Part shown: positions 1-11,603 of the stretch, one piece after another
Numbering within the stretch: position 1 is the first letter of the stretch
Layout of the letters: every line of letters begins with the position of its first letter
Origin: Basidiobolus meristosporus CBS 931.73
Taxonomy: Eukaryota; Fungi; Basidiobolomycota
Direction: 5' to 3'
DNA length: 64,000 nucleotides
Assembly: GCA_002104905.1 (NCBI GenBank)
Contig: MCFE01000489.1
Span: forward strand, 1-64,000
Translations under genes and position numbers: made by a program
Notes under the pieces: generated by a model
What the model saw: the letters and a program-made list of their open reading frames with translations, nothing else
Told to the model about the DNA's origin: nothing
Databases searched by the model: none

Positions 1-49
1 GGATCCTAGCTCCTACAGGCCAATATCTCAGCTGCCCACCTGCCAAAAG

Positions 50-1440
50 GTGTTTGAGCTTCTTCTTTCTCAGGAGCTCTACTCTGACTCCCTCAAGTTA
101 TGCCCTGCACAGTTTGCCTTTGTTCCTGGCCTCTCCTTGGAATATGCAGTCATGCTTAGCCAAGATCACTCCCTCCAGTGCAAGTATCCCTCTGTTCTGT
201 TTAATATTCCTAAGGCCTTTGATTCAGTTGAAAGAAATTTGCTTTGGTCCAAGTTGCAATGCTTCTCCAGTACCTCTCTAACCCTTCTTGTCTGGTCTCT
301 GTTTCTGGATCCACAAGCAAGAATTCTTCACCCAAGTGAGCAAACAGCTGTGTTCTCGGTTCCTAATGGAGTGGTTCAAGGCTCTGTGCTTGATCCTATA
401 CTGTTTGCCATCTTCCTGAATGACTTCCCAAGACTCTCAGCTGACTGCTTGGTTACTCTCTTTGCTGATGACATCAGAATATCCTCCTCCAATGTGCAAC
501 AAGACTCCCAGACCATCCACCAGTATCTGCAGAAGAATAATCTCCAGCTTTCCATTGCAAAGACAGTACCTTTGGGCTCTCCCATCAACTTGGAGAACTC
601 CACTCTACCTGCTCAGGTTTCTGCTACATATCTTGGCTTTCCTTTCCTTCCTACTGGAATAGACTCTGGAGCACACCTGAAGAAGAGAATTATCCTGGCA
701 ACACAAGCACTCCACAAGCTACTGACTGTTACTCCTCCTACAACTTCAGCTCCCAGCTGCCTCCTTCCACTCAAGCAGTTTGTCTTCCCTGTCCTGGAAT
801 TTGGCTTACCACTTCTCTCTCTTACTTCTAGAGACTGCACTAAGCTTGACAAGTTTGCAGTATGGTGCATTACCTCCTTGGTGCCTCATTTGCCTGAATG
901 CCCCTACAGACATGCTATTCTTGGTGCTTTTGGGTTTATGCCCTATAAGATCAGACTTCTCTACCTTAGAACCAGATTATACCTCAGACTTCACCACTGC
1001 AACAACTCACTGATTAAGGCCTGGGAGAGAACACACCACACTACACCTGACTCCTGCTGAAGAACTATAGTTGGAGATCCTGAAGTCAAGAAGTTTGCTC
1101 ATTATATTCAGCAGTCAGAAAACCCAAGCTGGCCTACCTGAAGTACTTGACAGACATTTGGCAGCAATATCTGCAGCAGCACATTCTCTTTATGATGAAT
1201 ATCAATCCTTATCACATTCCCCTCATTAATGTTGTTCACAAGTCATTCTTACCTCTCTTGCTACCCCCCTTCCCAATGAACAGTGTCTTGAGCACTGAAG
1301 AACTATCATCACTTCTTATTAGCTTACCTACAAGTTCCCCCTAGCTACACACTCTTGTATCAAAGCCACAGCAGTAGTGCTGGCTTCTTTGTTTCAACTG
1401 AAATAAAGATTTCACTTGTTGGTGACTGTCTCCCCCCCCC
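50..1440 (+). mobile_element. Non-LTR retrotransposon (LINE) 3' part, RT domain, decayed; tandem copy 1
   Basis: ORF 50-1060 has RT motifs KAFD, QGSVLDPILFAIFLND, FADD and YLG. In-frame stops follow downstream. Confidence 0.85.
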
Positions 1441-1448
1441 TAACCCAA

Positions 1449-2650
1449 AATCTGCTTTGGTCCAAGTTGCAATGCTTCTCCAATACATCCCTCACCCTCC
1501 TTGTCAGGTCTCTGTTTCTGGATTCACAAACAAGAATTCTGCACCCAGGTGAGCAATCACCAGTGTTCTCAGTTCCTAATGGAGTGGTTCAAGGCACTGT
1601 GCTTGGTCCTATACTGTTAGCCATCTTTCTGAATGACTTCTCAAGACTCTCAGCTGGATGTCTGGTTACTCTGTTTGCTGATTACATCCAAATATCCTCC
1701 TACAATGTACAACAAGACTCCCAGACCATCCATCAGTATCTGCAGAAAAATAATCTCCAGCTTTCCATTGCAATGACAGTACCTTTGGGTTGTTCCATCA
1801 TCTTGGAGAACTGCACTCTACCTGCTCAGGTTTCAGCTACATAACTTGGCTTTCCTTTCCTTTGTACTGGACTAGATTCTAGAGCACACCTGAAGAAGAG
1901 AATTATCCTGGCAAGAAAGGCACTCCACAAGCTGCTGGCTGTTAATCCTACCGCTTCAGTTCCCAGCTATCTCCTTCTACTCAATTAGTTTGTCTTTGCT
2001 GTCCTGGAACTGGGCTTACCACCTCTCTCTCATACATCTTGAGACTGCGCTAAGTTTGACAAGTTTGCAGTGTGGTGTATTACCTTCTTGGTGCCTCATC
2101 TGCCTGAATGCCCCTGCAGACATGCTATTCTTGGTGCTTTTGGGCTTATGCCCTATAAGATCAGACTACTCTACCTTAGAACCAGATTATATCTCAGGCT
2201 TCACCACTGCAACCACCCACTGATTAAGACTTGGAAGAGAACACACCACACTACAGCTGGCTCCTGCTGGAGAACTATACTTGGAGATCTTGAAGTCAAG
2301 AAATTTGCTTAGTATATTCTGCAGTCAGAAAAGCCCAAGCTGGCCTACCTGAAGTACTCAACAGACCTTTGGCAGCAATATCTGAAGCTGCACACTCCCT
2401 TCATGATGAATATCAATCCATATCATATTCCCCTCATTAATATTGCTCACAAATCATTCTTACCCCTCTTGATATCCCCCTTCCCACTGAACAGTGTCTT
2501 GAGCACTGAAGAACTATCATCACTTCTTATAAACTTACCTACAAATTCCCCTCAGCTGCACACTCTTGTATCAAAGCTGCAACAGCAGCACTGGCTTTTT
2601 TGTTTCAACTGAAATTAAGATTTCATCTGTTGGTGACTGTCTCCCCCACT
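1449..2650 (+). mobile_element. LINE RT tandem copy 2 (5'-truncated, decayed)
   Basis: Head-to-tail repeat of ~236-1440 (gctttggtccaagttgc at 241 and 1454). QGTVLGP/FADY motifs; broken by stops and frameshifts. Confidence 0.85.
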
Positions 2651-2694
2651 TACCCTCAAGCTTATTTACTTCACTCCCCCATGAACCTTAACTC

Positions 2695-3044
2695 TGTTGT
2701 AAGAGTCTTGGAGATATTGGAAGTGAATTAAAGAACAAGTAGATTATGTGGTCTTCATTTAATGATTTATTGAATGTAAAAGTAGTATTTATACTTTTAC
2801 CTGGTCTTGGCATTACAAGCACTTATAATAGATTAAAGAAGGTCACAAGAACATGTGTGCAAAGTTTGGGGCTGTTTGGACAACTTTGAGAATTTTCATG
2901 TTCTGGGTACCTGGTATTTCGGTGAGAATATTCTTAGTAAATCCTGACAAGGAATTTGGTCAGTATACTCTGGGATTTGAGGGTAATGATCTAAGTGACT
3001 AAGTTAGGTGAATATTTAGGTGGAATTACAAATTTTTTACAACC
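2695..3044 (-). mobile_element. Solo LTR, copia family A
   Basis: Homologous to LTRs at 5361-5709, 27173-27520 and 35870-36218. Flanked by a 5-bp TSD AACTC (2690-2694 / 3045-3049). Confidence 0.9.
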
Positions 3045-3499
3045 AACTCCAGTGTACTCTGGGATACTGCCTTACCTTTAGCTTAGATTTATTAATATAC
3101 AACTTGATGTTTACTTTGGAAAACTTTAATTTGCAGCTGGCTTCTTTATTTGTACGTAGACTTGCCTGAAATCAAATAAAGATTACACCTACCTTGGTAA
3201 CATTCCATCCCCTAGCCATCTAAGATCTATGTGGCAGAGCTACTTACAAGTCTATACACCTTTGCTACTACACCTAGTCCCAGGCTGGGTTCAGTCTTAG
3301 ATTATATTCATCAGAAACATCTCCAACTTGTACTTCCTCCAGAACCCTTGAATTTTATATTGACCCCTGATGAGCATTACTTTATTGAAACAAACATTGA
3401 AGATGAGAGAAAACATAAATTAGATTACTTATTAGAGAGGTTCTAAACTTCTTAAGTGGCTTCTACATTTGTACTTTCATTAGCTCTTGACTAAAATAA

Positions 3500-5709
3500 A
3501 GATATCACCAACTTGGTGATTTTCCCTCCTCTAAGAAAATCCTTGATCATGGATCATAGATCTTGCCATATCAACTATGGATTTGTTTGCATGTTCTGCT
3601 ACTTCATTTTGGTGCTGGGAGTATGGTGCAGTAGGCTCTTGCCTCATTCCATGAACTTTGCAGTAGTGGATGAAGAGTTTTGAGGTATATTCTCCACCAT
3701 TGTCAGAGCATATGTTCTCGTTTTCTTCACCAGTTTCTCTCTCCACCATGACTTTAAACTCCCTGAACTTAGACGGTGCATCATCCTTTCTCTCCATGAA
3801 GTAGACCCATGTGTATCTTGTATAATAATCAGTAAAAGTGATCAAATACTTCATCCCCCCTAAGGAGAAATTTTGCATAGGTCCACACAGATCTGAGTGA
3901 GTTAGTTTTAATTTTCTCTTGGTTGTGATTACCCCAGAGGTCTTGAACAGTTGTCTGGCTTGTTTCCTATATATGCAGGCTTTGCAGTGCTCCAAATTAG
4001 CTGGGGGATTAATTTTTACTCCGGATATTAGCTGATCTTTGATCATTTTGCATACATATTCAAAATTGATGTGTCCCAATATCCTGTGCCAAAGTACTGG
4101 TATTTCTTCATTTAAGTTACTTATATTGGCTTCCAGATACAATGGATTATAAGCTAACCTATAGAGATTCTGATTTCTGATAACCAATGCAATATTTGGC
4201 ACCTTTTTTATCAGTGATCTTGCATCCAGAATTGTCAAAGCTGAAACTAAGTCCTTCTGCAGTGGCCTTGCTTACAGATAGCAGGTTCTTGGCTATTTCT
4301 GGTACATAGAGTACTTCTTTAAAGGTCAGAGTATAGCTTCCTTCACTGCTTCTTAGGTTTGCTTGGGTAGTTCCTTCTCCCACTGCATCAAGTGTTCTAT
4401 TGTCACCCATGAAAACCTTCTTAATTGGAATTTCTTGATATTGGGTACCAAGTTCTTTTTGGTGTGTAAAGTGTTGCGATGCTCCAGAGTCAATATACCA
4501 CACCTGAGAGTTTTTGTTTGTGATCATACTTAGTGCAGATATGAATAGTCTATTTTCAGTTGTTGCAGCATTTCTGTATTAAGGCTTTTTCTGCTGATCA
4601 TCTGTTTTTCAAACACCTGTGTGATGTGTGTCCTTTCCTTTTGCAGTAGTTGCAATGCAGGTTGCTGTTGCCTTTGTCAGGTCTTGGGTACCTCCTTTGT
4701 TGGTTATCATTGCTTATTAAAGCATTTTCTTCTTCCTTCTGATTGGCACTTGATTTTCTTAATTCTTCATTTGGGAGCCTTCCATATATGTAATATAAGG
4801 TCAAATCATCAGTTCTGGACTCTAGGGCTGATATAAGGCCCTGAAATCTGTCTATCAGGCTATTTGGGATGGCAACTATCACATCCTTATCAGTAGTTGG
4901 TATGCCCACAGATTTCATCTCATCCACCAACAGGGTAATTTTGCTAATTAGATTTTTCATTTCTTCTCCTGGCTGCATCTTTGTAGTAAAGAATTTTTGT
5001 TCAAGATACATCTTCTTAACAGCTCAACATGACTGGTAGGTGTCTTCTAATGCCATCCAGGCATTCTTCATAGTGTTTGCTCTTGAGCATTGAATTAACA
5101 GTTTGTCTTTAACATTAAGGCACATGCGGTTAAAGGCGCTTTATTCTTTCTTCTTGTACTTTAAGGCTTCCTCTCACACGTTTTTAGGGGGGAATTCTTC
5201 TCCCATGACAATATCCCAAAGGCCTCATTCTTCTAGCAGTATCTTCATCTTTACCTTTCATGCTTGGTAGTAAGATCCATCCAACTTTTCAGCAGAGGGA
5301 AAAGTTCCAGTAATAGCCATGGTAGACATTGCAGAGAGTGACAGCTTGGGGCTCATAGCCTGTTGTAAGAGTCTTGGAGATATTGGAAGTGATCTGGGAG
5401 TACAAGTAGATTATGTGGTTTTCACTTAATGACTTTTTCAATGTAAAAGTAGTATTTATACTCTTGCATGGTTGTGATATTACAAACATGTAGAGTAGGT
5501 TAAGGAAGGTCCCAAGAACATGTGTGCAAGTTTGGGGCTACTTGGACAACTTTGAGAATTTTCATGTTCTGTATACCTGGATTTTTGGTGAAAATATTCA
5601 AAGTAAATCCCAACAAGGAATTTGGTCAGTATTCCTTAGGATCTGAAGGTAATGATCTAAGGGACTAAGCTAGGTGAATATTTAGGTGGAATTACAAATT
5701 TTTACAACA
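3500..5709 (-). mobile_element. Ty1/copia family A, 5' half (5' LTR 5361-5709, PBS, gag, protease, integrase); RT/RH absent
   Basis: gag YLEQKFFTTKM and CCHC knuckle CNYCKRKGHTSHRC; protease WYIDSGASQH; LWHRILGH; integrase HSDLCGP...SDNGGEY. PBS GGCTATGAGCCC at 5349-5360. Confidence 0.92.
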
Positions 5710-6086
5710 AAATATAGGCAGTCAATTTTCACAGTCCAAAATTGGTCAAATCAACTAATAAGAGTTCACCACTCTAATCTGTATTTCTAGGACATAACAA
5801 TGATATCACTATATGTTTATCTCTTAATGAACCTGCCATAGGGATAGCACTTATCTAGCCTTAGTGCAAGCCAATTGCTACAATGTGTATCTGGGTGTGT
5901 GCCTCCCAGCTGGAATTTTGCATTTTAGACCATCAATTCTATATCAAAAGAGTAAGATACTCCGGAAGCAGCACAACTTAAGAGTGTATGTATTTGCATA
6001 CCTTGCATACCAAGGGTTAAGAAGTGTGTAAAGTAGATACCCTTTGCACATTACTAAATAAACAAATATTTGTATGTTATCAAACA

Positions 6087-6160
6087 GCTTGCATAGCTCA
6101 CTTGGTTAGAGTGTGGTGCTAATAATGCTATGGTTGCAGGTTCAACCCCTGCTGTGAGCA
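6087..6160 (+). pseudogene. tRNA-Ile(AAT) pseudogene, CpG-eroded
   Basis: 74-nt cloverleaf with anticodon loop CT-AAT-AA, T arm GCAGG-TTCAACC-CCTGC and a downstream T-run. No CpG remains; the anticodon stem has 3 G-U pairs and the A box is altered. Confidence 0.8.
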
Positions 6161-6985
6161 AATTTGCTTTTTTGTTTTTTCCTTGCTAACTCATCTCCCT
6201 CAAGTTATCATCAAAATAGATATATACAAAAGTGTGCTTTCACAAAGTTGTTGTTTAGTAGCTTTGTTATATTGAATGGTAGTTCTTAAAGTCACTATTG
6301 AATTCTTTTAGTTATTCAGGCCTGAACTTGCACACTATATGCATATTCAAACCTCTGCAAGCTACAGCCTGAGGCTTTGTAGCTCAGCAGCATAGGGACA
6401 GGTTTAGTTGTCTGTAACAAATAAGAGTCTTATACAGCAATTATAAGTAGCTGTGGGCCTGATGATACTGATCTCAGTCTCTGAATTTTTGAAATAAACA
6501 AAAGAGCTGGTGTCAGCTTCCAAGCAGGCCCTAGACTGAGGAAGAGGGTTCAGCCAGCATATTGAGGTATGCCAAACATTACATCATTGTTGTGGATCAG
6601 TCTGCACAGGTTAAGACATATTCAAGCCAGCTGTAGACACCCAATACATTGAAGGATACTCTGACCAAGATACAGGGTACACTGAGCCCATGGAAGATGC
6701 TCGATGTGACAATGAATGTGCTAATCAAGATGAACAGTATTCTGAGCTTATGGAATGAGCTTAAAGCCAATAACGCTGCATTGTTTATTTATTACTTGCC
6801 TAATATGTAGTAGCAGAAGTATGATCAATGACAACACAAGAACAAGGATAGGGTTAAAGGAGACCTTTTGTGAAACACTATACCAAATGAGCGGAATTCC
6901 CTTTACTCCAGGCCAACTTGGTGCAACATTAATGCCACTTTTTTGACTACCAAATATTGATTCCTGGACGCAACGCCTTAATTAT

Positions 6986-7059
6986 TGCTGTTACGTTTAT
7001 GACAAGGCTAATGGTGTTACATTTATGACAAGGTTGTTGCTGTTACGTTTATGACAAGG
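6986..7059. repeat. 3 x 26-bp tandem repeat (core TGTTACRTTTATGACAAGG)
   Basis: Units start at 6986, 7012 and 7038. Confidence 0.9.
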
Positions 7060-7759
7060 ATTATTGCGTGTGTAATTCACCCTTTAAGCATCAATTGATT
7101 TGCACTCAAAAAAATAATAAGCTGATATACTGCAATTGTTTTAGTTCCCCAAACCACTTCCAATTCTCTGTAGAATCTTGCACCAAATATGTACTGAGTA
7201 TTATGAGGTATGAGTAAAGAGGAGATAACACCCCCTTTAAAGTTTTAAGCAATAGTGAGCAAAAATAGCAGCTGATGAATCCTACCACAGGTATAATGGT
7301 AGCAAGTATTTTACCGTATAGTTCCATAATATGCTAAATTGATATGAAACAAGTCTGTTCTGTTAAATCTATAAAAATCTATATGTGACATATTTTGCTT
7401 TAGCATCTTCCCGCACAGTACAGGACCCTTGTATCACTTCAAGTAAGGTCTATCCAAGCCCTAGTCTTATTTGAAAACCTTATATTACATTGGAGTGTTA
7501 AGAAGTTTTTGTACAACCACATGGAGAGTTTAACCATTGTTGAGAAAATGGATAATATGCAAAGGACTAGATATACAATAATATCTAATAAAGCATGCGT
7601 GTATGACTTTTTCAACTATAATTTCAATTCAATGAAAAGGTCAAGAGACGATTTCAGTCTTGTATTCTGCTACTGAATCTACCAGCATTGTAGATACTTA
7701 GCTACAATCGACCCAACATATTTTGCACTTTTTCGGGGTAACTCGAATGACAGAGTACT

Positions 7760-7821
7760 AAAAAAATTTCCTCCGAAGAGGTGTCCACTCAAGATTTACG
7801 TGTCATCCTTGTGCAGGGGCC

Positions 7822-7852
<31 letters not shown>

Positions 7853-7883
7853 TTCAAGTGTCAGAGGTCCGGTAGGACTTGAC
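7760..7883 (-). ncRNA. U6: U6 spliceosomal snRNA (variant 5' stem-loop, extra 3' hairpin)
   Basis: Minus strand reads TTGGAACGATACAGAGAAGATTAGCATGGCCCCTGCACAAGGATGACACG (ACAGAGA box, AGC triad, ISL), then a T7 terminator. TATAAAA lies at 7906-7912, ~29 nt upstream. The +1 position is inferred. Confidence 0.93.
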
Positions 7884-7997
7884 AAACGAAGTAGCCCCAA
7901 CTACCTTTTATACCATGTAAATGCGCAAGTTAATAGAATTATGGGAAATTTGAAAATTCGTTCGAAACAAATTGATCATCACTAGGATGTAAAATTG

Positions 7998-8069
7998 TGC
8001 CTACTGCCAGGATTGAACTGGCGACCTTCAGTTTACGAGACTGACGCGCTACCACTGCGCTAAGCAGGC
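7998..8069 (-). tRNA. tRNA-Thr(CGT) copy 1
   Basis: GCCTGCT acceptor; anticodon arm TCAGT-CTCGTAA-ACTGA; T arm GCCAG-TTCAATC-CTGGC. Confidence 0.95.
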
Positions 8070-9393
8070 CTTTCTCAACTTGTCTAGGTTAGGTCATCAT
8101 GATCTTGAAATTATCCCTGTTAGAGACCCATCCTGAACCGTTCGTCGATCTTTCACAAATTAGGCAAATGGAACTAAGACCTGTATATCTCGAAAATGCA
8201 GTTCACAGTATAAATTAGCGAAGTATGTCAGAAATAATGCAGCTCTTCCTTTCTCCCTTACCTCAAGAATCGACCCCTGTCCTAGAGTGGAGCGCACTAT
8301 GGCAAGCTGTTACAGAGTTTAATAGGCCTTCAGGATGAAGGGTATCCTGGTATCTTGTGCCCATTATTTACATCGGAGAAACATCAAGCAACATCTTAAA
8401 CGATTGTCGATCTTGCAAGATACTTGGGCACTAAACAGTTGCTCAAGCATACAGTCTGGAAGACTTCAGGAATAGCACTAGTACGAGAGACTCGTATACA
8501 AATAAAGTGTTTTCTCCCTCATACTCTGGATTAACTTTTACCCTCACCGGATTCCCAAGAGATTGTTGTTTAGTTGGGACTTCCGTTTACGAGTGTAACA
8601 CCCTCGGTATCAAACACTTTGGACACTACTCCTCTTCAGATTAAACCTCAAATCACTATCATCATTTAGTATATATCGGGTATCACTTTCTGAAGCTTGC
8701 CCGACTTTAATGAAATCCCTTATCCAGATATGATAAGCTTCCGAGGATTTAACGGTTACACTCCACAGCGACAAAGCGCGCTTAGTATGTAGATTTCGTA
8801 GAGTGTAATTCGAGGCATATACAACCCGTAATTCGATATTCACCTTGTGGATTTTTATAGCCCATTGATCAGATTCAACTATATCAAGCGATGCAAAAGA
8901 AGAGTTCTCAAAATCACCTAGTACTACCATCCCATAACACCGAGGAGAGAGCTGACAAATTTAATTAGAGTCAGATTGGCATCCAAAACATTAATTCTCA
9001 GTAGGAAACTTTTACCTGTTATTTTATAAATAACATATAGTTTTCTTTATGATGTAAATGGGAGTTATTACTAAATCGTGATTAACTAAACCCAGATGCT
9101 CTCGGATTGCAACCCGGGTATGTATCAATTACTGACCAGAGAATCCCACTTATTTAGCAACAACCAAATTACAAATTAGACGTCATTTTATCATGGCAAA
9201 TTACTCCTGGAACTTTTCAACTGTTTGAAAATGAATACCAACGTGGTTCTTACCCATTCCAATGAAGAATCCCTCCCAAGATACCAACTTTGACTAGTAT
9301 CAGAGGTCTCGCTGGAAAAAGTGAAGGATGTCTGAGCTGCTTTTTGGATGCTTCAAAAATAGACTACATAAAATAGTCAAACCAAAAAAATGT

Positions 9394-9465
9394 TGCCTAC
9401 TGCCAGGATTGAACTGGCGACCTTCAGTTTACGAGACTGACGCGCTACCACTGCGCTAAGCAGGC
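9394..9465 (-). tRNA. tRNA-Thr(CGT) copy 2
   Basis: Identical in sequence to 7998-8069. Confidence 0.95.
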
Positions 9466-10356
9466 TATCTTTGTTGCAGGGTAAAGGATACCAGTAGCAT
9501 AAGTGGTAGACACTCCGCAAAGGACAACTATCTGTACGGATATAAGGCCAATCATGCCGATCTGCACCCGAATAGAGTTACTCTGACCAAAACCCTATCT
9601 AGCACCAATTTATCTCTAATTTATCACTGAAACCTAATTAGCACACACAGTATAAAAGGCACACCATGAATAACTATTGCAGACAGGCTTGTACACAAAT
9701 AAAGTATCTTCTTCCTTGCCTCCTGGATCAACTCTACCCTCTCCGGAACCCCAAGAGATATACTGCTTAACCGGGATTTCCCTCTACGAGCGCAACAGTC
9801 TGAAATGCTGTGGTATAACGTGAATGCCTACCATTAAAGTAAACTCATAGCATATATGCTAGACTCGGGAGAATAGAGGAATGAGGAATCAGCGTACACT
9901 TACTGTTGTATAAAAAAAGCTAATAAGCAAAATAATAACGGCTTTTCTTGGGAGACAACGGGATACGCTTTGTAAAAACGAATATCGGTCTGAATTGATT
10001 TCTACATCCTCAGAGAGAATCGAACACTCCAAATCTACGCGATAATTAAGCCTTCTCATTACCTACCTGTTAGAAAGCACTGAGACTATCTCACGAGCAT
10101 TTATCCCAACTAAGCGTTACTTTGTTATTCCTATCGCGACATGTAATCAATCTTTGACGTTTTTTCGATGTAGGAGATGGCAGAGGTAATGATTGTCATG
10201 ATGATTACAATGTTGATGGACACAGAAATAGGATATATGGCCGCAGTAATAGTAGGAAGTATAGGGAAAGAGTGATGATAGTTCAGGACCTCTGTTCATT
10301 TATTCCAGCTAACTTTGCTCAAGTGGATATTATATATCATATAAAATTAAAGGGTA

Positions 10357-10429
10357 CGAGGCGCATGGGACTCGAACCCACAATCCCCAGATCCGAAGTC
10401 TGATGCCTTATCCATTAGGCCAACGCCCC
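10357..10429 (-). tRNA. tRNA-Arg(TCG)
   Basis: GGGGCGT...GCGCCTC-G acceptor; anticodon arm TCAGA-CTTCGGA-TCTGG; T loop TTCGAGT. Confidence 0.95.
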
Positions 10430-11603
10430 ATTCGTATTACGGCCCGCTCTCTCTGTCTGGATGTTACATAGTTAAATACAATCTAACGTAAAAGAAGGAA
10501 AGGCTGAGCAAAATTCTAAATAGGAAAACATAATTAGCCCACACAACATACCGTGGTCATATATATATCTACCTCTATATCTATGAGTCGGCAGTTGGTT
10601 AGGATATAGATCCTGAACTAGAAGGAAGAATATCATCTCAGCACTGACGGACTCGACTGTCTCCTCTATCCATTATCTTCTAAATAAACATCCGTCTTAT
10701 TAAAGTCTCTTTCCCCCTAGGCGAATATACCACTATCCTTTATCTTTATTCCTTACTACGTGGCCCTTAACCCCGTAGCATGCATTCGAACAGGGAGGTT
10801 TCTAGGCAAAGTATTCATTCAAATAGACATTCGTTGGAGAAAACTACTGCAGTATTATGTCCACTAACGATTGTCGTGCAGATGGTTACAAAACGAAGTG
10901 ATGATATTACGAACTTTGCTGAGTTTCAATAAAAACGTTCAGGCGCTTCAACCCTCCATCTTTGGCATCTTTCGGAATAATAACTGCAATGCAATGAATA
11001 ACAGTGATTGCAAGCAATTAGTCATTATTTATCTAACCATGACCTCTCATCCTCATAACACACTACCTACTTGGACTCTTCAAGGTTGTTTCCCCTATGT
11101 GTAACTATGCTGCTATAAATGACTGTAGTCTGATACATTTAGCACGAAATTGCTACTAAGCGATGGAGCTATTGGCACCGGTGTGGCTTGTATTCTAACA
11201 ACTCTCTACGTCAGACGCTTTTCAATTCAAACCTCATTACTGCTTACCTCGTTGGCGGTGATGAATTTCGGATACTTCTATCATGAATTGAAGAGCAGTC
11301 CTATCTATTGTATTTTCATGTGAAAGTCTAAGCCAAATAGAAATGCCGGTATCTGACATGTGGAAGCACCGACCTGATTGGGTTATCTGAATATCATTCT
11401 TGCTAGATAGAAAATCACATGAAAAAAGGATCCGTATGTTTCCTGTTACGTTAGTTTCATTGGCTCCATATATATGGAGTTTGCCAATTGAGATCAAAGC
11501 TAAAGTGGATCAGATCGATTCGGATATAGCCCTGCAGAAAACCTCAGGATATATAAGCAGTTAACGGAAGCTCACCTATCCAAGGATTTTATTAACACAC
11601 TCA

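Noticed and set aside
6986-7059. Possible CRISPR-like array
   Set aside because: Spacers are only ~4-7 nt, the context is eukaryotic, and no cas genes are present.
7106-7327. 73-aa hydrophobic minus-strand ORF
   Set aside because: No recognisable family, and no supportable splice model.
7735-7755. Possible downstream B box for U6
   Set aside because: ATTCGAGT matches the GGTTCGANYCC consensus too poorly.
9190-9375. Faint arrestin-like 'GSYPF..IP' peptide
   Set aside because: Too short, contains a stop, and is likely chance.
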